A stretch of DNA of 62,845 bases, filler included, from Choristocarpus tenellus KU-1152 (Eukaryota > Protista > Phaeophyceae): the NCBI GenBank assembly GCA_964200185.2. It is 11 parts of 11 records of this genome, joined end to end, with 100 filler letters (N's around TTAATTAATTAA, not from the genome) between each part and the next. Parts side by side here need not be neighbours in the genome. Positions count along the whole stretch, not along the records: positions 23,690 to 31,080 come from CAXNAD020006225.1; positions 31,181 to 35,582 come from CAXNAD020014713.1; positions 35,683 to 41,092 come from CAXNAD020010874.1; 8 more parts are not named here. One strand, written 5' to 3'. The position numbers were made by a program, and so were the translations under genes. The notes beneath the pieces are model-generated. The model ran no database searches. It had not been told where the DNA came from and saw only the letters and a program-made list of their open reading frames with translations. The stretch's first letter is position 1, and each line of letters starts with the position of its first letter. Below, piece by piece: positions 26,559-39,520 of the stretch.

Positions 26559-29500
26559 TGTGCAATTTACCTTGGGAGGTAATGCTATTTATCATTAGTG
26601 AAGACAAGAAGGTGTGAAGCCTCACACGATCCCCTTTGCTGAACGTGGAAAGAATGGATGGAATTAGAAGAGTGACCTTTGTGGGGGGTGTCTTCTCATT
26701 GCTTGTTTTATTATTATTTGTGTCTCATACATAAGTCAACGGTTATGTCAAAGTAGCTGAATGCAGAAAAAAACCCCATACATATTCCCATTCATAATCC
26801 GGATGTACTATCTCATTTGTTACACATCTCTTATACACAAAATAAGGTACACCTCAACTATTGTCCTATTTTGCACAATAAGTCCTCCATTTTTCGGCCT
26901 CCTCCTTTACCAGCTCAAAGATCTGGTCTGGATCCTTTTTGAGCTCAGGGTCCCATGCTACATACTTGAAAATTTCGGGCTTAAACGCAGGGGTTTTGAG
27001 CCCTACAATAAAGGCCTCCGAGAGTAACTTCCCTGGCCCTGCCTTCTAAGCCTTCTCTACTTGTCCAGCATTCCAGCGGAAAGCACCATCCTGATTACCA
27101 TCTTGGAGATAGCCCTCGATGTCCTTGATCACTCCTATGACCCGATCAGCAGCGGTCCGTCCCTTCATATCCCACCCGGGCCATCCTTTGCAAATCCCTT
27201 TGGATTTGCCCAATGTCAAAGGTTTGGTCTTCGTCATCAACTCGCACCACCTTCTTGAGCGCTTTTAGGAGTTGCTCCTCCGTTGCTGCAGCCCAATGCT
27301 TTTGAATTCGCCCTTCACCACTGCTCGTCTCTTCTGAGCAATGGTTAGGGACTCGGACAGCGTCATAAGTGCAATTTGCACACCTCTTTTTGGGTGCTGC
27401 ACCCTAACGATCATCTTGTATTCCCGTCCAGCTGTCAGAAACTCCCTCACCTCCTTCTATGTCAGTCCCTCAACCCGTGAAGGTTGAAAATGTTGTTCAA
27501 TCTGCAGCTTAGACCAATTAGTCTCACGCAAGTCCCCCCAGGCTGCTCCAGGTTCATCCCCGTCGTTACTCGACATATTGTACCCCTTCAATCTAGTCGC
27601 TCACTGATTTCTGCCCGGTTGTGTGCACTCCAAGCTCCATCAAACTCCCACCATCCCGAGTTGGCCTAACCCAGCCAATTCTAGCGCCGCACTCAATCCT
27701 ATGTTCAGGTCTCGAGAATTCAATTGAGCTATAGACAGTTCAACCACAGCAACTGATCTATGATAGCTTTTAAGGACTTCACCCCACGTTGGGGCTTACA
27801 GCTCTGTTACTTGTTGAAGGAGTGAGCATAGGTGCTGTGGAGGACCATGTGTGCTCCAGACATCAAATAATGCAAACACCTCAGCTATACTAAGAAAACC
27901 CTCCATGTTCTGTCTACAAGTGCTTGTGATGTTTGGGTTTTTCCCTTACACATCTGAAAACTGTTAAAGGGCATAATCATGTGTATACTTAACTGCATCT
28001 GTGGATCACAAACGTACCTTACGGTTTGGTGGATTCTGCCTCGTAAGAGACGATGAGGACACTAGAAAAACAACCACTACAAAAGTTGAGAGTTTTGACC
28101 CCAAACTCTACAAAAAATTACTCTAAAAAGGTGGATTAATTTTTGCCAAAACTATATATCAGCATATTTTATTGGATTCTTGAGATGCCTTCCTAGATCC
28201 TCCCCTCAGGGTACAGGTGTAGGTAGATTGGAGAGACAGGAAGGCAGTAGCACAACATAGTGGTAAAGTAACAAGTTAGTGTCTTTAACATTATTAACAT
28301 TTATTTCCTTAGGGCTTATACTCACAATGTGTATGGTTTTCATTGGTTTCCCGCCTGATACAACTCCAACATGTCAGAGGGCATAATAATAGAATAATGT
28401 ATCAGCATACTTTTTTTTACAGTTGAAAAATGTGTTACGATATTCAAGAATATCAAACACGATAATAATAAACCCTAGTGTAATGATAGATCCAAAACTT
28501 GTACTTGTCATACAGGTGAAAGGTGATGAAAGGTTCTTCCACTGATGATTGATCCATAGTGTGTATAGAATGGGTGAGTTTCAAACTCCATTCATTATTA
28601 ACTGTCACTGGCCTTTGGGTTATGATTCAAGTGGGGAAATAGTGAGGGGGGAAAGTATATCAGAAAGGCGAAAATTCTTTGGGATTAGATTCTTCTACTC
28701 ACAACATCGATTGTAGTATTCAATGACTACTGAAATATACTACAAATTGTATACTTCGAAAGTTAGTGAGAGAAATATACTGATACTTCCTTCCCTAACC
28801 TCAACACAATCACATGATCCACGACGAATGACAGAGAGGATGGTGTCACAACTGGTCTTGCCAACAGGGAGGCAGAAATAGGTGAGGTCGCCCTCCTAAA
28901 GGACTGAAGTAGATAACGTCTGAGGGGGGTCTACAGGGGAGACTGCTAGGTCAGAGGATCAGACAGGGATATTGTAGCGACAGGTGAGGTTATCCTTAGA
29001 GATCGAGGCACATCCATCGTACTAGGGCAGAATGTTGGGGAGGAGGCCAAGATGATATGGATATCGCGGCCCAAACCTTGACTCCACCCCAGAACTTGAC
29101 ACCGTGTATGCAGAACGTCATGGACATCTTTCGCAACACCTTCAGCGCTTAGTTCGTTCCTGTGCACAGATAGAATGGACGTCACTGGCAGCAACCTTCA
29201 CCCACAACACCAACTAGCTGACGATTACAAGACCATCAACAACATTTCCAAGATCTTCCATTTCTACTTGTTCGCCCAATGTAGGAATTCGACTCTTAGC
29301 ACCGTGTTACATTTGTAGTCTTTTCGAATCGTTTTACGATGTCTTCACTAGACACATCTGGATATGTTTTATGCTATTTTCTCTTCCCTGGTGAGTATTG
29401 CAGTATATGTATTGGATTTTATCTGAATTCAACTCCGCAATTAATTCTCTTAGTATTCTGTAGTTCCCTCTATTTTGAAGTGCATTCTCTTTTCTTCAAC

Positions 29501-30329
29501 ATTTTTAATATTCTTTTTCCTGCTCGTAGCCGTACGTCACACTCCTTCAACAGTATTCCATCTCTTTCAGTCGGCGGAGGGTGTTAATACATAGGCTACT
29601 CATCTGTTTGTTCCTTGATACAGTACCGTTCCACCAATCAACACTGACTGTTGATTGGTCTGTTACGTTCTGGACGTTACTTTCAATAGTTCGTCCTCAC
29701 CACATCAGCTACAATCAGAACACCTTAGTATTGTACAGAACAGTCGCTCTGCGTTCAACCCAAATAGTATAGTATAGTGTACGTCACTTTAGTTGCATCA
29801 CATATTGTTTCAATTTTGTTCTGTTGTTCTGTTGTTGTTTGTTTTTCTTTCTCTCTTTCTCCTTACAGTATCAGCAGAAGACGACAATTGCACATTGATG
29901 GTTTATTTTTTCTTTCGTAACTGCTATTGATGTCTCAAATTGCATTAACACCACTCTGCAAACTGTGTATCAAACACACACATGGATGTAATATAATCAG
30001 AGTTAAAACCATCCGCGGAAAACCTTGCCAGAGCCAAGGTAACAAGCCTCTCCACAGAGCATGGACTTCTTTCGTTGAGTATCACATGAAAGAACACTGA
30101 ATTCACATCGCATCATTATTTACTGAGAGATCAATGACCTCAGTTAAAACAGAATAAATACATCGATCGGTGCTTTGCAGCACAATCACACCTATACATA
30201 ACATAAACTACCCTTATCACTCATCGGTGCTTTGCAACACCATGATTCCTCGTCACTAGCAGTCTACGCATTTTGCCTACATGTACGATGCATTCGATTC
30301 AGGTTTCAAAAGAGGGACCTGCCTCAATG

Positions 30330-31018
30330 CTGGGTAGAGAGCTGATGATGTCGAACTTCCAAAGCACGTCGCAATACCCGTCGGAACCCAGTCCCGACAG
30401 TTGACACGGAGCCAATTGGAGAAACGTTTGGGCAGAGTCTTCGTTGATTTGAGTGGTCCAAATCCCAGGGTAAGCTACCCCAGAAGCGTTCTGTATGGGA
30501 GGCTACTGGCCTTCGTCAAGACTTGGATGGGTTAGAATAGATCCCTGACATCCAAGTGCGAAACTGCCAATATATTACAGGTATTCTTCTGCGATATGGC
30601 AGAAGTGGAGAACTTGCGCATTGGGTGCGTGAGTACTAATGAGGGGATGGAGTTCAAATACTGAAGCTGTACTGAATGAACACAAGATAAGGCATGGCTA
30701 GACTATGCCAGGAGCTCATCTCAACGGGAAAGTCGAACTTGTCATTATTGCACTGATTGCGCAAAAAGGATTGGTCATGATGCACAAAGCTGGTTTTGGA
30801 GATTGACTGGGTTTGTGGACCGAGGCACAGAATGTGTCTATTATTCTTACTAAGTGTCCCCAAGTCTACTGATCTCTACAAGAAGACTCCATTACAACTG
30901 TAATATGGTGTTCCTGCACATCCACACCTATTACAACTTTTGGGTTCCAAGGAGTACACTAGAGTGGATAAACGCTTTCATAAATTGGCTTGAAGAGCTG
31001 AACCATGCTTGATGATGA
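30330..31018 (+). mobile_element. Highly decayed copia integrase remnant
   Basis: RVFVDLSGP, a ...NEGMEF-like motif and ...HKLA*RAEPCLM SH3-like remnants, with many stops. Confidence 0.7.
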
Positions 31019-31080
31019 GAGTGAAAGTATCTTAGAGGGTAGGAGATTTGCCCTGTTTGTCCATTTGGGACTTGGCTTCC
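31019..31080. mobile_element. MITE family A, long-spacer end, truncated by contig end
   Basis: GAGTGAAAGTATCT-26 bp-GTCCATTTGG. Confidence 0.92.
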
Positions 31081-31180
31081 NNNNNNNNNNNNNNNNNNNN
31101 NNNNNNNNNNNNNNNNNNNNNNNNTTAATTAATTAANNNNNNNNNNNNNNNNNNNNNNNNNNNNNNNNNNNNNNNNNNNN
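31081..31180. other. Artificial contig spacer
   Basis: N44-TTAATTAATTAA-N44. Confidence 0.97.
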
Positions 31181-31370
31181 CGTTTTATTGCATTTTCCTT
31201 CGCCAAAATGTTTCGGAGTGGGTAAAATGTGTATGTTATTAAAAGGTGTGTCCAGAACATCGACATTGACACTTCCTAACTCACACAATAGCCAAAATTA
31301 CATCAAAATTGCAACATTGGACTTTGACCCCCATATGAACGCGGCTGTACCCTCTAAGATACTTTGGCTC
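31181..31370. mobile_element. MITE family A, short-spacer end, truncated by contig start
   Basis: Internal sequence matches other A copies; ends TACCCTCTAAGATACTTTGGCTC. Confidence 0.92.
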
Positions 31371-31540
31371 TTCCCTGTCATCAAGATTATTCACATCCTT
31401 TTCTCCATTCCCTTGAGATGCCCTCTTCCCTATCCTACTCAACAAAATCTTTTTCAAAGACTAACTCGCAACTCTGGGTAAACAACCTCACATGACCAAC
31501 TCACAGTCGAACATTACTGTCTTTTGTGTTTCAATGTAAG

Positions 31541-34005
31541 GATCACACTTCGAGCGTGTGGCAAACACTACGCTGTTCAGTCAGATGACGCACCTACTGG
31601 CCGTCCATGTGAGCAATGTATTGCTCGAGACCTCAATGGAGGTATGGGATTTTCCCCTCCATACATTTGGAACAACGGAAATTACATCCTCAAATTGTCC
31701 AGTGATGTTGCCTTCCTCAAGGAGTCAGATCCACTAGTACAGTGGCTGGGAAAGCAATTCAGCTTCGAGGACAACCCTTTGCTGCTGGCAGATTGCTCCA
31801 ACGTAAGGATTGCATCTGGCTATGGACTGTACAAGAAATTTCTGTCCTTCCTAAATGACCCATCCGAATATGTGCTCTGATCAATCAAAATATGAAGTGA
31901 AGGAGGAGGTGCTGTTAGAAACCTTTGGTCATGACCCATTGTTTAGCTCTGAGCATTATTTTATTGCCGTTGTAGTGCCATAGGTTGCTGGCTGGTGCTT
32001 GTCTGCATCATATCCTGGGCACAGTTTATTATTATCCTATGGCATCATGCGCAAGTGGTGAAGGGCATGGTTTGTGTTTTGTCTATTCCTGTATTGTGGT
32101 GAATTTAGAGTAGATGATGGAATGCGCTTTGTGATTTTGGAGTAACTATAGTTCCTACTCACATGCATCTTTTGAAGGCAGCGTGGAACCAATCCATTGC
32201 AATGTTTTTGGAGAAAAGATAAATCCTTATGTGAAGCAGGCTTTTACGCCCAACATGCATTTTTTTTTATTGTAGTGATTGAACCTATTGTTGGCTAGGC
32301 CAGATCAAGAACAATATGGAGTACATGTTATGTTCTCCCAAGGAATTAGTTGCTTGTAGAATTAGATAATAGACAGGCAGAAACCAATAGGGACTTCCTG
32401 GGGACAATCTAGATTGAAAGACACCAAACGACGCAGGTGCTTCTTGACTTGGGTGCAGGGGATGTATAGGGGGCTCAAGTGAAGTGGTAGGAATGTCAAT
32501 ATATCACATGGCCACAGGTGGTACATTTATTCACAATATCTTGTGTGTAACAAAAGCTGATTGGGCTGCATTCTCCCTGATCTTTGCATGTACTTGGAAT
32601 GCTTGAACAAACTTTGCTTACACAATGCATTTTGTCTCCCGATAGCAAAGAATGCAGAGAAGCACAAAAATTTTACTTCCCAACTGCATTCATTGCGCAA
32701 TATGCCTTTCTGCACATGGCCTCTACCTTGTTAATCCCCTCCCTTCTCTCTGTTTCACAAGAACAAAGTGCCTTGCTTGACTCACCTATGAGATTACCCT
32801 CTCTCTATTGGTGCTTTGCTGGTCAGAACCCTACGGAGGCGGCTCTAACTCCATTGCACACACCAGGAAAAAATAATGCGACCAGCTTGGTGCATACCTC
32901 AGAGCTTTCCAGTTCACCGCATGCTTGTAGAGAAGAACCCGGTCTAGAAGAGCAATGTATCACAAATGTCAGTTCTGAGGGAAGGGAACATGAGGGTCGA
33001 GAAGCTATGACCATTGCACGGGAATTTGCAGGAGATATGTCACCAAGAGCCAATATAAGAGCCAATATAAGAGCCAATATATTCTCTCTGTTCTCAAGGC
33101 ACCGCTTTGGTTGCCCATCTACACAGGTACGAAGGTAGGAACCGAACTAGAAACCTGGTGGGTTGACACCATGGTAAATGACTTACTGAGCCTGCAACAA
33201 ATGTGACCATGCCTTTTCTGTACCTACCAGTCAACTCTCTCTCCCTTTTGTACTCCTATCCTCTACTCACAAGGTAACCCATTTTCCCAACGGGACAACA
33301 GAGTGGATGGGGGATGTAGCTATGAGAGGGCGCTTTCTACTTCCTTTCCTCCCTCATCAAGTTCAAAGGACAGCACCACGTATGGCACCAGGAACGTGTG
33401 CCAGTCCTCGCCACGAGAAGGGGGTGACTGTGGAAGTGTTGGATATTGACCGTGTTGCCAAAGCTTTGGCCCTAATTCAACAGGAGCAGGACATTGCCGA
33501 TGCATTAGTGGGAAGACTACCTCGAGTGCGTCGAGAGTATGGCTTAGGGAGAACAAAAGCAGAAGATCAACCAGAGGTGGAAATGGGGACAATGGATGAG
33601 AGAAGCAGGGAAATAGAAAAGAAGGGAAATCAAGGACAAACAAATTTGTCGACGGGTGTTGAGAGGAAGGTACTAGCTGTTTACCAGGACAAAGGAGCAC
33701 GCTTGATGATGATGCAGACACGAAAGCAGCACCCTTTCCGTCAAGGAGGGGTGTTTTGCCGTGCAGATCGTGGAGAGTGGGCAGGCCAGGTATGTGTGTA
33801 CGTCTACACATGTCCCCACGTGTCCAAACGTGTCGGAAGATTAAGCACACACATATATTCAGATGTCACAGCCGAAGCTTCGATATTGTTTCTAAGTTCT
33901 CATCTTGACCTCATTCCCCTACGTGTCCCAATCTTCCAAGGTCCATATGTCCCTCAACGCAAAGAAGCTCATTGCCAGGCGCCTGCTGGACAAGGCTCTA
34001 GAAAT
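31541..34005 (+). CDS. Uncharacterised multi-exon protein, internal part. Probable exons 31541-31802, 32827-33126, 33274-33789, 33941-34005
   Basis: Open exons bounded by AG/GT with compatible phases. PYIWNNGNYILKLSSDVAFL...LVQWLGKQFSFEDNPLLL looks like a conserved globular motif. Confidence 0.6.
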
Positions 34006-34422
34006 GTGAGGAGAGCACTGTTGCTCTCACTGAATACTAACCCCAGCCTAAATCTAAGCTCTAAACATGACACATAGGCAGAGAGATTAATAATATTGGG
34101 GGGGTGTTTTGCAGACACTATAAGGACATTAGTCCAGGCGAAAGCAATCCCAGAAGCTTAAGAAATCCACATGTGTACTGAACTAGATGAGAGCACCATG
34201 TGGCCAATAGATAAGAAGAAGCAGCACTATGAACCAAAAAAGAGTAATTTCTCACTTAGCACTTCTCTATTGAACCAGAATATTTCAATTGATCCCCCCT
34301 TGTTGTATACGTACCCCTTTATTTCTTCAGTGACACATAGTGAAGGTTGAATTTTTGCAATGATTTTTTTAGCGCTGCACAAGTTGCTATGTGAAGGACA
34401 GCGTATGATTCACTGTGAATAC

Positions 34423-34655
34423 GCCATGTAACTACCTTGTCCTTTGGATGTAAGTGGAGTTGGGCAAATTGCACTGAACACAGATATAGATAATTGAGTA
34501 GACAGCAGAGTCTTTTCTGCCTCATGATTAGTCAGCAATGCCATGTAACTACCTTGTCCTTTGGATGTAAGTGGAAATGGGCAAATTGCACTGAACACAG
34601 ATATAGACAATTGAGTAGACAGCAGAGTCTTTTCTGCCTCATGATTAGTCAGCAA
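34423..34655. repeat. Recent 117-bp tandem duplication
   Basis: GCCATGTAACTACC...GATTAGTCAGCAA at 34423 and 34540, about 3 mismatches. Confidence 0.95.
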
Positions 34656-35263
34656 GGGAAAAATAGGATTGGTTACCTCTGAGAATTTCCACCAGATCTC
34701 CATCAGATAACTCAAAATGTTCCTGTCTGATCAAACTACTCCCAATAGATGCCTTAGCTGTGTCATAGTGGCCCTTTCCCAAAAAAATAATAATATTTTC
34801 TGGTTGCTAATATGGGTTGTTCCATGGTTGGAAGAATCTTGATCCAAAACCTACCGTGCATGTAGGCAAAACAAACCCAATCAAAAACCAAGACTTGTTT
34901 CCATTCCTTGTTATTTGTTGCTTCTATTTAATAGTGTACTGGCCAAGCAGAAGTGTGCAGTTTATGCTTATGTTGCTCATAGCCGCAGTGTCCATTATCC
35001 CGACCCCATTATATTGTTCTTCTACCCATCGGTGGAATACTGTACGGCGTTCCATTCATCAGGAAGCAGATGGAACGTGGAAGAACAGGGCGTCAGATCA
35101 GGATGTTAGTAAAAAAGGTAAGGATAGTATTCATTTCAAATCCCGAACTAGTCACTATCTTTCCCAATGCACCCTTTTTGGAGGGCTATTGATGAGCGGA
35201 CACCCAAGAGTGATTCTTCTCAAGCACAACCTGTTTTGATAACTGGGTCTCCTCCCAATGTGA

Positions 35264-35582
35264 GACTCAAGATTCAAATTATCTTAGAGGGTAGAGCCGC
35301 GTCCATTTTGGGGCCAAAATCCAATGTGGTAATTTTGATGAAATTTTGGCTATTGTTTTTGTTAGGGAGTCCCAATATCCTTGTTCCGAACATAAATTTT
35401 CATAATGTATACATTTTACCTACTCCCAAACATTTCGGAGTAGGAAAATGTTGTAAGAAAAAACGTGGGAAGCCAAGTCCCAAATGGACAAAAAGGGATA
35501 AATTCATACCCTCTAAGATACTTTCACTCTCAAAGTATCTGGGGGGGGGAGGGGGTCTAGTCTACACCAGGGTTTTCACTTG
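35264..35582. mobile_element. MITE family B long-spacer end, split by a nested family A copy and truncated by contig end
   Basis: Removing the A copy and one TCAA restores GACTCAAAGTATCTGGGGGGGGG...TCTACACCAGGG. Confidence 0.88.
35271..35529. mobile_element. MITE family A, full length, TSD TCAA
   Basis: tcaa|GATTCAAATTATCTTAGAGGGTA...TACCCTCTAAGATACTTTCACTC|tcaa. Confidence 0.95.
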
Positions 35583-35682
35583 NNNNNNNNNNNNNNNNNN
35601 NNNNNNNNNNNNNNNNNNNNNNNNNNTTAATTAATTAANNNNNNNNNNNNNNNNNNNNNNNNNNNNNNNNNNNNNNNNNNNN
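35583..35682. other. Artificial contig spacer
   Basis: N44-TTAATTAATTAA-N44. Confidence 0.97.
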
Positions 35683-35880
35683 ATAAAAAAAAATCAGCGT
35701 TTTGGCTGGGGAATGTGTTGCGAGTTCGGGGTTGGGGAGGGGGGGGGGGGCAATGCATCTCTCATTTACTGTGAGAGCACTTGCACAATGAATAAACCAT
35801 GACTAGGATGGCTAAGAGCTTTAGCAGAGATGGCTAAGAGCAAGCACTGATGGGACTGTGCAATACATGGTTTCATTCAC

Positions 35881-37674
35881 CTGGACTGGCGCTGTCGCTC
35901 ATGTTTCCTGAGCGCTTTGGGCACTTCCACATCCTCACATATGTCATGTAGGGTCTGGGCCACAGCACAGCGTACGTACAGTTCTATGTTCCTCCTATCA
36001 GCTGCATCTTTGGTGTGGAAGCTGGAAGGAGGAGAGGGGAAGGATTGGGAGGGAGTTGGGAGGTGGATGGATGGGTGGCGTCTTACTCTGAAAGGTGTGC
36101 AAAGGTGTGCTTGAGAAAGCTTGCACAGTGCAATAACATTTCATGGCAATAAAGAGTTATCCAACATTTTATACGATATAAAACTGCAGTGATCACCATT
36201 GCAAAGTTTAATTTATAGAACAAGATCGGGGAGACCAGGCCAGTATGTCCCAATCCCCTGGAATGGAGTCAGAAGAAAATAACAGGTCTTGCCTGGTAGA
36301 ATAAAGTTGATGCACACTATTCTTAGTTGACTACCCGGCAGATACTGATACCTGAGGCCAATGAATACTCCATCAACATTGGCAAATTAGACTAGTTCTA
36401 GCTAGACAGTGCTCTCTGATGATATTGAAGTACACATACATCCCGCAGCAAAACAATGAGGTCAACGTGTCTTACACATAGCAAATACTGTTCAAAAGCA
36501 CAACCACACATAAACCACCTGAGCCCACCCCTTCCTCTCCTCCACTGCACCCCCAAACCCCCCTAAGAGTCTCAAATAACACTTACGCCAAGTGTCGCAG
36601 CATGGAGCCCTCCTCGATGAACTCCCCATTACACCCCCCTGACATGCACTTGTACTTCTTTGGTGCAATCAATGGGCTACCATCCGCAGCTACTGGGTCA
36701 CCCTCCCCTTGTCCCACCCTTGCCTTCATTGCTGTCTGCCGTCGCCTCTCTAAGGCCCCCACACCAAGACTCTCATGATTGGCAGCCTCAGTACGAAGAG
36801 TGGCCTGGTCTAACACCTGACGCTGCACTGAACTCTGGTTTGTGGACTGGGGTGGGAGGTGGAGGGGGGGGTTAGACCAGGGCTGAGCATGAGCTCCCCA
36901 TTCATTGACTGGTTGCCGATTGTCTGTATGCCCTTGCCAGGCTCTGGATGATCTTGAGCCTTGGCCAATACCTCCTTCCCCTGACCCTTGAGGCACTGAG
37001 GGGCCATGGTCAGTCAGGAATGGGATGTATTGGTGGGGATTGTTCGACTGACCAGTCACACAATGCGGAGCGTGGGCAGGATCAAGGGATATACCATGAA
37101 CCCCACTTGGTGCAATCACTTCCTTGTTTGTGTTGGTGAAAGCACCCTTGCTTGAAGTGGTGTTGTCATTGACTGTGGAATGCCCTGATGTCGTAGAGAT
37201 TTTTTCCCCGAACGAAGTGTGCCTGTCAAGCATTGAAGGGGAGGGCTTGAGCGCACCACAAAGCATTGCCTTTCCTACAACTTGTTCTGGATAGCGCTGG
37301 TCATTCTTCAAAACTCCGTTAGGGCCACGATGGCCAACCACATCATGGGATATGTTGTCAATATGGCCTTTCTCTCTGTCGGGATGCTCCTGTTTGTCTC
37401 CAGATTTTCTATTTCCTCCCATGCATGCCGTAAGGGTCATAGCGACTCCTTCTCTGGTAGCATTATTCCCCCCCACACTGGCTTCAGGGTCACAGCTCTC
37501 CTCATGACTCGAGTGATTTCGAACCTCGCTCAGCAAACCCGCTTGGGGTTCTAGCGCTTGCGGTGCACGAAGGAGAGATTCGCTTTGCTGGATAACATGC
37601 TGCTCTTTTGGATTTTCCAACGAAGATATCGGCAACGGGAGTTGGACATCACATTGCTCACTAGGAGTGTTCAT
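35881..37674 (-). CDS. C2H2 zinc-finger protein with long disordered N-terminus, partial. Exons 37674-36587, 36021-35881
   Basis: 363-aa ORF ends YKCMSGGCNGEFIEEGSMLRHLA. Phase-2 splicing adds FH and completes C-x4-C-x12-H-x3-H. Confidence 0.75.
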
Positions 37675-39268
37675 CTACTGTGAAGACCACGACAAAAAAT
37701 AGCAAGCACAGACTGAGTCACCAATATCGTTGGCTAGTTCGGTAAACAGTTCAATGACTGGCTACAGTTAAGGCAGTCCGATCTCGACGTTGCGCCTCTC
37801 CATAACCTATCAATGTTCTCTCGTGAGGTGGTTTGAAGTTGTAGTGACAGTTTAGGGACTAAGCCATTGCCGCTTTCTATTCCTGGAAGAGGATTTAAAT
37901 CGAGAGAAATGATAGGGAGAAGGGAGACACGTATTACCATCCATTGTGATGTCAATAGAAATAAAAAATCAATGGTTAGCACGTTGACTACTCAGTCCTG
38001 CTGACCCATATTGATAGAAGGAGTGCTGCACCCGTCCACCACACGGCGCAGAGAGCATTTCAATCTTATCCAGATATCGACATCTGCTATGCAAGACAAC
38101 CAGTTGCATTTTTTCACAAGCACACATCGTTCTATGCCCTCCTGAGAAAAAACCTCGCATATCTTGATGTGCCCACAACACATCGTTGCATCTTACCCTG
38201 AGTCGTCAGTTGCGTCGATTTCAAGGTGCTTTTATTCACTTTTAGGTGGACACTATAGGAACGACCGAAGTAACTTTCCTTTCACGTCCTCTCGCTACGG
38301 ATGACAATATCTACCAGAGTGACTAACAACGATGAGTCCTTCTGGGTGTGAGGACCTACCTTTCCCACTTGGGATGGGTTAATTAATACTCATAGAATTG
38401 GATACATTTTTTTGTTGAACAAAGAGGTTGGTGCTTATGATATTGAGGAAGGCGTTCTTCTCCATGTTATCTTATGCACATAAAACACCCAACCTTGTCC
38501 TGTTCTTGTACGTAGAGAGTAAACGTCGATGATTTATCTTTTCCCACTAGATAAGGGATGTAAATAATGTTTTCAAGTACAGGGGTACAATAAAGAGGTT
38601 CCCTTCGACCCTTGCTCTACTGTATGGTCACCCCCAAACCTCTTCAGCAGGTACAGTCCACTTCAGGATCCTAAGGGGTTTCCTCCCCAACCTTCCTGGA
38701 CGACATATTTATCTCCCAATAATAGAAAAAACCCAACTGCTCTAACTGATTTTTAGCCGCTGGAAACGGACCTGTATGAGTAAGGGAAAGGATTGAACAT
38801 GGATAAGACCTATGCCGCACCACCTAAGGGCCACCAATCCACACCCTCGGAACTGGAACTCCCATGTACCGCCTGAATCAACATGGCTCCATACTTAAAT
38901 GTTTTTAAGACACTGGGGACTCCGGTAGAGAGAGATGAATCTATCGAGGATCAAGCTGCTTGAATGATGGGGGACCTTTGTCCAAGGCATCCCAATAACA
39001 CTTGCTTTGACAATTTCATAAGGTTTATGAACCCTTGTCAAATGAGACTTGGTCGACTCTGCATTGGTGATCCTCCACAGTCATGACAGCCCACCGTCTC
39101 AAACTTTGCACGACTCCTAATCTATATGAGAGCTAAGTCTCGTCCAGAGAGTTTATCACGTGGGTCGTTCCTGGGAGAGAACAGAGTCTGCCAAAGTTAT
39201 GCTAGATTTGATTCCGAACGGAGGAAGTATGTAAATAGAACAGAATATGAAGAACCAGGTAAGAGTCG

Positions 39269-39330
39269 AAAACCAAAAACCAAGAACCATGAACCATGAA
39301 CCATGAACCATGAACCATGAACCAAGAACC
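39269..39330. repeat. (GAACCAT)n heptamer tandem repeat upstream of the permease
   Basis: Five perfect units with degenerate AACCAA units on both sides. Confidence 0.9.
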
Positions 39331-39520
39331 TGATGGACGAAACGTCAATCCTTTTTTGGTAGTTTAGTAGTAGTGAGTAATCTATAATGTACTTCTATGT
39401 CTCAATCTGTCTCGATATGTTGTGAGGGGAAGGAAGGGAAGGGAGGTTTTCTGAGGTAGGAAGGTTTACAGCCCTAGAAAAATGGGAAAGTTCTACTACA
39501 ATACGCTCTCAGATAACAGG

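Larger units (their letters stand above)
23773..26560 (-). mobile_element. Degenerate Ty1/copia LTR retrotransposon, 5' half (gag, zinc knuckle, protease, GAG-pre-integrase, partial integrase/SH3). RT not present; interrupted by a MITE
   Basis: Gag ATG at 26539; CAYCLKINHQWRKC CCHC knuckle; DSRANVHLT...LKDVLWVPSLPCRILS protease region; WH..LG...CETC..CK; AKQGIIMGHD...LVTSAQVTFE; multiple frameshifts. Confidence 0.9.

Noticed and set aside
31019-31370. Two MITE A halves on either side of a spacer that look like one element spanning a gap
   Set aside because: Flanks do not form a TSD (atga versus ttcc), and a copia remnant on the left meets host-gene sequence on the right; most likely two different copies
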